Shown: positions 46,783-54,501 of the stretch, one piece after another
How the letters are laid out: every line of letters starts with the position of its first letter
Position numbering within the stretch: the stretch's first letter is position 1
From: Candidatus Latescibacterota bacterium
GTDB lineage: Bacteria > Latescibacterota > UBA2968 > UBA8231
NCBI GenBank assembly: GCA_965261395.1
Contig: OZ253462.1
Location: forward strand, 3,040,001 to 3,104,000
DNA: 64,000 nucleotides
Direction of reading: 5' to 3'
Position numbers and translations under genes: made by a program
The notes under the pieces: generated by a model
Told to the model about the DNA's origin: nothing
Database searches by the model: none
What the model saw: the letters and a program-made list of their open reading frames with translations, nothing else

Positions 46783-47540
46783 AGAGGGTTCGCGAATTGA
46801 GTAACCCGACTCTTGGCCTTGACGAATACCTCGGTTGTATGGGTGAAGACGCGGATTGGGACGAATTTCGCTCTCACAATTCGGGGGCGTCGTACCGCGA
46901 ACTCAGGGAAGCCCTAACCCAAAACCAACACGGACTCTGCGCTTACTGCGAGATTGCGATCAGAGGATGGCGTCGTCAGATTGAGCATGTGATCCCGCAG
47001 AGCGATGATGAATTGGGCAAAGCGAAGGCCCTCGATATAGCCAACATGGTCGCCTGCTGTATGGGTGGAACCGTGCAGGATGATGAGGATCGTTATCGCA
47101 GGCCCGTGGGACATAACACGAGCTGTGGTCAGGCAAAGGGAAGTCAGAACGACGAAAATTTTATTGACCCTCGGATACTACCCGCGTTGCCATCGCTTAT
47201 GAGGGTACTTGACAATGGGCTGATTGAAGCAGACGAAAATGCCTGCCAAATGGCCGGTTTTTCCCCTGACCGCGTGACCCGCACCATTGAGCTGCTGAAC
47301 CTCAACGCGGAACGGCTCCGGTCGGCGCGGGAGAAGCGGTGGAATGGCCTTGAGGAAGAGTTGGGACAAATTGACGATCCAGACGATCCAGATATGGTGA
47401 GTGATTGGATACGCTCTGAGCTGACGCCAGATGAGGACGACCGATTGGTCTCCTTCTTCACGACGAGCCGGTCGTACTTTGGTACGTTTAGCCTGCTTGC
47501 CGAGCGCGTCCTCGAACAACAACCTCAAGCGTGGATATAA
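46779..47540 (+). CDS. HNH endonuclease, PtuB/TIGR02646-like
   Basis: QHGLCAYCE, IEHVIP, N...C, SCGQAK; ATGA coupling. Confidence 0.85.
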   Translation: MKRVRELSNPTLGLDEYLGCMGEDADWDEFRSHNSGASYRELREALTQNQHGLCAYCEIAIRGWRRQIEHVIPQSDDELGKAKALDIANMVACCMGGTVQDDEDRYRRPVGHNTSCGQAKGSQNDENFIDPRILPALPSLMRVLDNGLIEADENACQMAGFSPDRVTRTIELLNLNAERLRSAREKRWNGLEEELGQIDDPDDPDMVSDWIRSELTPDEDDRLVSFFTTSRSYFGTFSLLAERVLEQQPQAWI

Positions 47541-47628
47541 GTGATGTCCGGCACTCGTCCAATTGAGCAGTAGCCGTCGATTGCCGAGCATAAGCATTAC
47601 ATAAAAACAACGATAGAGTACTTCCATT

Positions 47629-47710
47629 GAGCCGAGTGCTCATTTACGTGCTGCGCACCGACGAGGAACTGGTGGTGACGCGGCAGACTTGTGAGTTTTT
47701 GAGCCTATGA
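47629..47710 (+). pseudogene. Orphan ackA 3' end (direct repeat copy 2) with its own stop
   Basis: Encodes SRVLIYVLRTDEELVVTRQTCEFLSL*; TGA overlaps the ATG at 47707. Confidence 0.9.
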
Positions 47711-50694
47711 ATACACCAACGATATTCGAGACTTGTCATCCGCGAACGGATGTGCTCCAAGGGGCGATCTCCGAGGCCGATTTTGCGGCGGATTTGGCTC
47801 AAGTCATCGCCGGAACCGGAAGCGCAGAGTACGTTGATCCGGTGCGGTTTTTTGCCCACACCTATCCGACGAGGGGCTTGAAGAACTTACTCGCCAACGT
47901 CATGAGTCGGTTAAGTGGCAGGGGTGGAGACGCGGCGATCTTCCGTCTCGACACGTCCTACGGCGGAGGCAAGACCCACGGGCTGATTGCGCTAACGCAT
48001 GCGGCACGTAGCGCGAAGGACGTGGAGACAATTAAGGAGTTTGTCGATCCGGCGTTGTTGCCGCCAAAGCGCGTGCGCGTTGCTGCATTTGATGGAGAGA
48101 ATGCTGATCCGGCCAATGGGCGGGATATGGGCGGCGGCGTTCTCGCTCACACGCCGTGGGGTGAGATCGCTTACGCCTTGGCTGGAAAGGAGGGCTATGA
48201 ACGGGTCCGGCCAAGCGACGAAAACCATATTGCCCCTGGTGCAGAGACCTTACGGACGTTGTTCGGAGGCGAGCCGACGCTGATCCTGCTCGACGAGCTT
48301 TCGATTTATCTGCGCAAGGTGCGTCGCCTCGACGACGCAGGCGATCAGCTAACCGCCTTCCTGACCTCGTTGTTTAAGGCCGTAGAAGGCGCACCGAACG
48401 CGGCCCTCGTCTATACGCTGGCGATCGGCAAGGACAACCGTGCAACCGACGCCTATGGCGAGGAACACCAGTTTATCGCCGACAAGATGGCAGAGGCCGA
48501 AAGCGTTTCGGCGCGCAAGGCTACGATTTTGAATCCGACTGAAGAAGACGAGACGGTCCAGGTGCTGCGGCGACGCCTGTTCGAGAAGATCGACGAGGCG
48601 CAGATTCCAGCGGTGGTGGATGCCTATCGCCAAGTGTGGACGGCCCATGGCGAGTCGCTTGCCGATGAAGCTACTCATTCCGAGACCGCGGAAAACTTCC
48701 GGTCGAGTTATCCGCTGCATCCAGAAGTGCTGAAAACGCTGACTGGCAAGACGGCGACACTGAGTAATTTTCAACGGGTGCGCGGCATGCTGCGGCTTTT
48801 AGCGGGCACGGTGGCCCAACTTTGGGAAAACCAGCCTGCGGACGCGACTGCGATTCACCTCCACCATATTGATCCGAGCCACGAGCCGATCCGCCGCGAG
48901 ATAGTCACCCGCCTAGGACAGGCCGCTTATACACCGGCGATTACCAACGATGTCGCCGGATCGCCCGATGCCAATGCACTGGCGCAGGAAATTGACGCAG
49001 AGTACCATCGCGACCTGCCACCCTATGCCGCATATATAGCGCGGACCATCTTTATGCACACGCTCGCCTTCAACGACCCGCTTAAGGGGCTTTCACCGGA
49101 GCAGTTGCGCTATTCGGTTCTGGGTCCTGCGACGGACATCAGCTTCATTGAGGAGGCGCGGGGGAAGTTCATCGCTGAGTCCGCCTATCTCGACGACCGG
49201 CCTGGTGCGCCGATGCGTTTTCTCGCCGAGGCCAATCTGAGTCAGATCATCCAGCGTGAGGATCAGCATGTCGATGCGGGTGAAGCCCGGGCGGAATTGA
49301 ACGACCGTATCCGGGAGATTTTCAACGGTCGGACGTTTGCGCTAGTGCCCTTTCCCGGCGGACCGTTCGACGTGCCAGACGAGGTCGGCGACGGTCGTCC
49401 CCAACTCGCTGTTTTGTCCTACGATGCCCTAAGCGTTGGGGACTCAGTAGAGTGCGTTCCTGAATTGGTCGAGGGCATCTATAACCGCAAAGGTGTGGAG
49501 GGCACTGCCCTGCGGGCGTTGCGCAACCATCTGGTCTTGGTGGTGGCCGATGAAGCTCGTAAGGAAGCGATGCGCCGCAATGTCCGCCGTCGGTTGGCCC
49601 TGCGGGCACTCAAGCGGCCCGAACACCTCGCCGATCTGGCAGAGCATCAGCAGGCTAAGGTTCACCAATTGGAAGCGGCTTCCGAGAAAGACTTGGCCAT
49701 CAGTATCCAGCAGTGTTATCGGCATGTCTTCTATCCGTCGCGGAACCGAGTTGGCTCGGGGACGGTCGATCTAGCACATACCGCAATGGAACTCCCATCG
49801 GTGTCCGATACGCCCGGCAGCGGACAACAACAGATTGTGCGGGCGCTGCGCGAACTCAACAAGCTGCGCTTGGCCGAAGATGAACCTGATTCGCCAGCGT
49901 ATGTACGTGATCGCACACCGCTAAAGAAGGGCCAAATCACCACGCTAGCCTTGCGCGATGAGTTCCGCCGCGATCCAGGACTGCCCATCCTGATAGGCGA
50001 CGACATCTTCCTTAGAGGGATTCGGCGCGGCGTTGAGCAGGGTGACTACATCTACCAGCGTGGCGATTTGCTATTTGGGCCGGACGATCCGTCGGCTAGC
50101 ATCGCCATTGACGAACAAGCCCTAGTCTTTACCATGGCCTACGCCCGTAATAAAGGGATATGGCCCCGCTCTGAACCGACTCCACCGCCGGAGAAGGAAG
50201 CCCTCGCCGCCGAGAAACAGTCGAATGAACCTCCGGTCTCGTCCCAAGAATCGTCGTTTGATTCCGAAGGTGTACTCAAGGAGGCGTTGATCAAGCTTTG
50301 GGAGCAGGCACGCGATAGGAAGGTGGAAGCGGTTGGCATCCTGACCATTCGCATGTTTGAGGCTAGCGACTCCTTCCGTCTGTTGAATGTTGTGGGTGCT
50401 GTATCGGGAGCGGAAAAGATTATTTCTATCACGGGAGGGTACGAAACCCACGCTGGCGGCTCGTTTGAACTAAAGTTCCGAGGACCGGTGCCGGACGTGC
50501 AACCGGTGAGGGAGTTTCTCGAACCACAACTGCGCGCCGCCAGCGCCAACACGCTGACGGTGGACTTTCAATTGACCTTTGGTGACGGCTTGGCGATGAA
50601 GGGTGATGCGGCGGAGAAACTCACCGAGCGTCTTGCCAAGTTCACGAGCGGAGTGGCTTATGTGTCCGCGACGCCGAAGGTTGAGACCCAATGA
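47707..50694 (+). CDS. DUF499 AAA+ ATPase of a restriction-like defence system
   Basis: FAADL, YGGGKTH, TPWGEIA, LLDEL, YPLHP, FQRVRG. Confidence 0.88.
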   Translation: MNTPTIFETCHPRTDVLQGAISEADFAADLAQVIAGTGSAEYVDPVRFFAHTYPTRGLKNLLANVMSRLSGRGGDAAIFRLDTSYGGGKTHGLIALTHAARSAKDVETIKEFVDPALLPPKRVRVAAFDGENADPANGRDMGGGVLAHTPWGEIAYALAGKEGYERVRPSDENHIAPGAETLRTLFGGEPTLILLDELSIYLRKVRRLDDAGDQLTAFLTSLFKAVEGAPNAALVYTLAIGKDNRATDAYGEEHQFIADKMAEAESVSARKATILNPTEEDETVQVLRRRLFEKIDEAQIPAVVDAYRQVWTAHGESLADEATHSETAENFRSSYPLHPEVLKTLTGKTATLSNFQRVRGMLRLLAGTVAQLWENQPADATAIHLHHIDPSHEPIRREIVTRLGQAAYTPAITNDVAGSPDANALAQEIDAEYHRDLPPYAAYIARTIFMHTLAFNDPLKGLSPEQLRYSVLGPATDISFIEEARGKFIAESAYLDDRPGAPMRFLAEANLSQIIQREDQHVDAGEARAELNDRIREIFNGRTFALVPFPGGPFDVPDEVGDGRPQLAVLSYDALSVGDSVECVPELVEGIYNRKGVEGTALRALRNHLVLVVADEARKEAMRRNVRRRLALRALKRPEHLADLAEHQQAKVHQLEAASEKDLAISIQQCYRHVFYPSRNRVGSGTVDLAHTAMELPSVSDTPGSGQQQIVRALRELNKLRLAEDEPDSPAYVRDRTPLKKGQITTLALRDEFRRDPGLPILIGDDIFLRGIRRGVEQGDYIYQRGDLLFGPDDPSASIAIDEQALVFTMAYARNKGIWPRSEPTPPPEKEALAAEKQSNEPPVSSQESSFDSEGVLKEALIKLWEQARDRKVEAVGILTIRMFEASDSFRLLNVVGAVSGAEKIISITGGYETHAGGSFELKFRGPVPDVQPVREFLEPQLRAASANTLTVDFQLTFGDGLAMKGDAAEKLTERLAKFTSGVAYVSATPKVETQ

Positions 50695-51167
50695 CGCGCT
50701 TGGAGAGGATTGCTCAGATCAAAACACCGGAATCGGTACCCCGGTACGAGTTGCGGGTGTGCCGGCACGGGCCGGCCGATACCGAATACGAAATTTGGCA
50801 GATGCCCGCACCAGCCACACCGCAGGTCACATCGGCGCTGCGCGTTGCAGGGCTTAGAGGCCGAAACTTCGAACTGGTGGAGCACTGGGTGTTGAAGCGG
50901 CTTGCGCAATCTGGCCTCAAGCTCGACCGTAGTGAGGATATTAGGAAACGCGGCTACGCGCTCAGCGAAGACTTGGCACTGACGCTGGGGCTGTTGTTCC
51001 GCACGCTGGCCCCGATGCGCAGCCGCGCCAACATGCGGGCGGTGACCGAAGGTATTGAGATGATGGGACGCGAGGAGGCCGCCTATTGGTTGGGCATGGC
51101 GATGCATCGCAAGCATCCGCGCCGCGTGCTGATGGCTCTACGCTTTCTGCTGACGGAGCCGAAGTGA
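50691..51167 (+). CDS. Small accessory protein (DUF3780 position) of the restriction-like system
   Basis: ATGA coupling; EEAAYW motif; gene order. Confidence 0.65.
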   Translation: MTRLERIAQIKTPESVPRYELRVCRHGPADTEYEIWQMPAPATPQVTSALRVAGLRGRNFELVEHWVLKRLAQSGLKLDRSEDIRKRGYALSEDLALTLGLLFRTLAPMRSRANMRAVTEGIEMMGREEAAYWLGMAMHRKHPRRVLMALRFLLTEPK

Positions 51168-52318
51168 TGAGTGAGCAAGCTAGTATGCAAAGGACACGGA
51201 GGGACGACACCATGGAAACTCAGCAATCCGGCTGGTCGGCCGATGATGAAGAAATTGAAGGTCTGGATTCCGGGGACGAATCTTTAGGAGACTATCCTAT
51301 TGACGATATCCTGATTCGGAAAGATGATCGGTCAATTTTCGAAACTATCCGGCGGATCGATCAGGGCAATTATGTAATGGACCCCGATTTCCAGCGCGAT
51401 TTCATCTGGCCGGAGGATAAGCAAAGCAAGCTGATCGAATCCGTGATCATGCGCATCCCGCTGCCCGTGTTCTACATGGCGGAAGACGATGAAGGACGCA
51501 TGGTGGTCGTGGACGGTTTGCAGCGCCTGTCTACATTCCGACGATTTGTGAAAAATGAATTATCGCTACGTCTTCCAGATCGGAGCGAACTTGACAGCAA
51601 ACGGTTCTCGGATTTGTCGTCCAAACTCCAGAATCGCATTGAAGACTGCAACCTTATCTTCTACATAATCGACTCAAAGGCGCCTGACCGTGCTCGTCTG
51701 GATATCTTCGAGAGAGTGAACAGCGGCGCACCCCTCACTAGACAACAGATGCGCAACTGCCTGTTCATGGGACAGGCGACTCGTTTTCTGAAGGAGGAAG
51801 TGCAAACAGAGATTTTCTTGGAGGCGACAGGCGGAAGTCTCAATTTTCGGACCATGCGGGATAGAGAATTCGTTAATCGGTTTTGCGCTTTTCAGCTTCT
51901 AACTCTCGATGGCTATCGCGGGGATATGGATGAGTTCCTGGCCCGATGTCTTCAACATATGAATGATCTGCCGGAGGACGAACTGTCGCGATTGCGTGAT
52001 GACTTCCATAGGAGTCTGGCTAATAACGTTATGCTATTCGGGGACCATGCTTTCAGAAAGCACACACCGGAACAAGAACGGCGCAGTGTCCTCAATGCGT
52101 CCCTCTGGGACGTGATGTCCACCGGTTTGTCTCATTACACCAAAGACCAGATCAAGAAGTGCGCTGATCCTCTTCGTCGAGCCATCTATGGCCTGCTTGC
52201 TAACGAGGAATTCGGCGACGCAATCACTTACGGCACGAACAGCGCCAGAAGGGTAAGGTGTCGGTTTCAGATGACTCGGGAAAAATTTGAGGAGATTCTC
52301 GGTGCTCACACGGATTGA
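51167..52318 (+). CDS. DUF262 (ParB-like) protein, Menshen NsnA-like
   Basis: PDFQRDFIW, LIES, VVDGLQRL, IFERVNSG; alternative start 51212. Confidence 0.88.
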   Translation: MSEQASMQRTRRDDTMETQQSGWSADDEEIEGLDSGDESLGDYPIDDILIRKDDRSIFETIRRIDQGNYVMDPDFQRDFIWPEDKQSKLIESVIMRIPLPVFYMAEDDEGRMVVVDGLQRLSTFRRFVKNELSLRLPDRSELDSKRFSDLSSKLQNRIEDCNLIFYIIDSKAPDRARLDIFERVNSGAPLTRQQMRNCLFMGQATRFLKEEVQTEIFLEATGGSLNFRTMRDREFVNRFCAFQLLTLDGYRGDMDEFLARCLQHMNDLPEDELSRLRDDFHRSLANNVMLFGDHAFRKHTPEQERRSVLNASLWDVMSTGLSHYTKDQIKKCADPLRRAIYGLLANEEFGDAITYGTNSARRVRCRFQMTREKFEEILGAHTD

Positions 52319-53510
52319 TCTACAGCATTTCAAGTGCTTCACATCACTGAATTTGCCGCTCCGCCCGTTGACCTTGCTGTCGGGTGCCAACGCATCGGGG
52401 AAATCGTCCGTGCTACAGGCACTTGTCCTGCTGCATCAGACGATGCATGAACATGAATGGTCGTCGCGCCTGATGCTCAACGGTGCCGCTATTCGGCTCG
52501 GCACCGTAGCCGATGTGGTTGATCAAGTGCACGGTCGCCGCACTTGCGAGATTGCGTTGCTGGACGGTGAGGAAGCGCGTTTTCAATGGGGATTCACGGG
52601 CGAACCCGATGAGATGTCGATGGCGGTGACGCACGTCCATGTCGATGGTGTTGACGGTATCGACATGGACGAATCCAAGTCGCTTCAACCCCCGCTACCG
52701 CTCGACCTACCAATATCCGAGCCGCTTCACTACTTGCTGCCGCACCGCCCGTCGCCGCCGTCGGGTGTAGAATCACTGACCGACTGTCTTCGTGGGCTTA
52801 CCTACCTGACCGCCGAGAGGCTAGGGCCGCGCGAGACTTATCCATTGGAGGATCCTCAGCATACATCCGTTGTCGGGCCAAGGGGAGAACACACAGTCAG
52901 CGTCCTGTACTCCCGCAGGGACGAGCATGTGCTGGATGGCTTGACGATTGCGGACGTACCGCCGACACGGCTGCGCCAAGTCGAAGCCCGGATGAACAGA
53001 TTCTTCCCGGGCTGTGAGTTGGTTGTCGAAAAGATTTCTCGAACCAACGCAGTGACTTTGGGAATTCGGACATCGAGGAGTACGGAATTCCATCGTCCGA
53101 TTCATACCGGCTTCGGGTTGACGCAGGTTCTCCCGATCGTGGTGGCGGCCTTGTCCACAGACAAGGGAGGCTTGCTGTTGATCGAGAATCCAGAAGTGCA
53201 TCTCCACCCCGCCGGGCAGGCGGCGATGGGCGAGTTTCTCGCTGAAGTCGCGGCTGCAGGCGTACAAGTCATCTTGGAGACGCATAGCGACCATGTGCTG
53301 AACGGCATTCGGCGGGCCGTCAAGAAAGAGGTCTTGGCTCCTGACGATGCCGCCTTGCACTTCTTTCGACTGCAGCAGGACGATGAACAGGAAGGTGCTG
53401 TGCTGGTGGAAAGCCCGATCCTAGACCGCGACGGCAATGTCGACATGTGGCCGGAGGGATTTTTCGACCAGTTCGACAAAGACATGAATTACTTCGCTGG
53501 CTGGAGTTGA
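52302..53510 (+). CDS. AAA/ABC ATPase with DUF3696, Menshen NsnB-like
   Basis: GANASGKS, GFGLTQVLP, IENPEVHLHP, ETHSDH, WPEGFFDQ. Confidence 0.88.
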   Translation: MLTRIDLQHFKCFTSLNLPLRPLTLLSGANASGKSSVLQALVLLHQTMHEHEWSSRLMLNGAAIRLGTVADVVDQVHGRRTCEIALLDGEEARFQWGFTGEPDEMSMAVTHVHVDGVDGIDMDESKSLQPPLPLDLPISEPLHYLLPHRPSPPSGVESLTDCLRGLTYLTAERLGPRETYPLEDPQHTSVVGPRGEHTVSVLYSRRDEHVLDGLTIADVPPTRLRQVEARMNRFFPGCELVVEKISRTNAVTLGIRTSRSTEFHRPIHTGFGLTQVLPIVVAALSTDKGGLLLIENPEVHLHPAGQAAMGEFLAEVAAAGVQVILETHSDHVLNGIRRAVKKEVLAPDDAALHFFRLQQDDEQEGAVLVESPILDRDGNVDMWPEGFFDQFDKDMNYFAGWS

Positions 53511-53511
53511 C

Positions 53512-54468
53512 GTGGAACTCTTCGCCAACGACCTGTCGATTCACGGGCAATTCTACGACATACCTTCGTTTCGCGATGAGCTTGCGCGGCTAATGGCCAT
53601 GCGCAATGTCGCCCAGCGCTTCGGACGGGAGGTGTATTGCCATCGTGCGCTCCTAACCGCCAATCCTATACCGAATATGTCAATGCAACAGGCGCTTGGG
53701 CGTCTTCGTGAAAGCGAACGACGGGCAGCGATGAGTTGGCTGACTCGTAGTGGTCCGTTCTGGGATGATCTGCGCTGCCATGGTGTCAACGACTGGCTCG
53801 AATGCTGTGGCGATGTAGTTACAGAATCCGCCGTGGGGGAAGCGGCATATCGAAAACTGCACGAGGTCGAATGTGGGCTAGTTAGCGTCATACCGTCCAA
53901 TTGGGATTTCTCTCCCGTAGAGGTGACCTGGAGACGAGAGGACGAGGGATTGGACGACCTGAGCTCAAAGCTCGAAAATTGGCGAGACGCTGCCGCGCTA
54001 GAAAACAGCCTACAAGCTGCAGCGGTGCCCCTCCAGTCGTGGGACGATTTGCGAGATAACTCGACGAGCCGGTTTAGGCACCTGATGTTCGCCGACAACT
54101 GTTTCGAGCCTCTTACAAGGTTCCCGTTCGCCAAAGGCGCGGCGGAGCGCTTTGTTGTGCTGCTCGGCATTCTGGACCGGCTTGCGTGCGCCTTCGATGC
54201 AGACGGTGTGCAGACGCCCGAAGCCCAACAGATTTACGAAAACTACTTCAAAGGTAAAAATGCGTTGTTTTCGGACTCGTCGGAGTCGGAGAAGAGCCGG
54301 TTTCGTAACAAATTGATGTTCCCCCACCCGGAAGAGCCGGGGAAATCCCTGTTCTGCACATGGCATGGCAAGGTGCGTTCCATGACGCTCCGCCTGCACT
54401 ATTGGTGGTCTGGGCAATCCGGTGATCCAGTTTACGTCGTATATGCTGGGCCAAAGAGAACCAAGTAG
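53512..54468 (+). CDS. Putative effector (NsnC-like), possible C-terminal RelE-like nuclease
   Basis: Third gene of the triad; WHGK...RLHYW...VYVVYAGPK C-terminus. Confidence 0.6.
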   Translation: MELFANDLSIHGQFYDIPSFRDELARLMAMRNVAQRFGREVYCHRALLTANPIPNMSMQQALGRLRESERRAAMSWLTRSGPFWDDLRCHGVNDWLECCGDVVTESAVGEAAYRKLHEVECGLVSVIPSNWDFSPVEVTWRREDEGLDDLSSKLENWRDAAALENSLQAAAVPLQSWDDLRDNSTSRFRHLMFADNCFEPLTRFPFAKGAAERFVVLLGILDRLACAFDADGVQTPEAQQIYENYFKGKNALFSDSSESEKSRFRNKLMFPHPEEPGKSLFCTWHGKVRSMTLRLHYWWSGQSGDPVYVVYAGPKRTK

Positions 54469-54469
54469 T

Positions 54470-54479
54470 GAAGTGATGA
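54470..54479 (+). repeat. 10-bp direct repeat GAAGTGATGA (other copy 51161-51170)
   Basis: The two copies lie exactly at the borders of the three-gene insert. Confidence 0.7.
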
Positions 54480-54501
54480 CGACACCGGTAGAAAGGGAAA
54501 C

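Noticed and set aside
47541-47628. Retron ncRNA
   Set aside because: No flanking a1/a2 inverted repeats seen and no RT gene.
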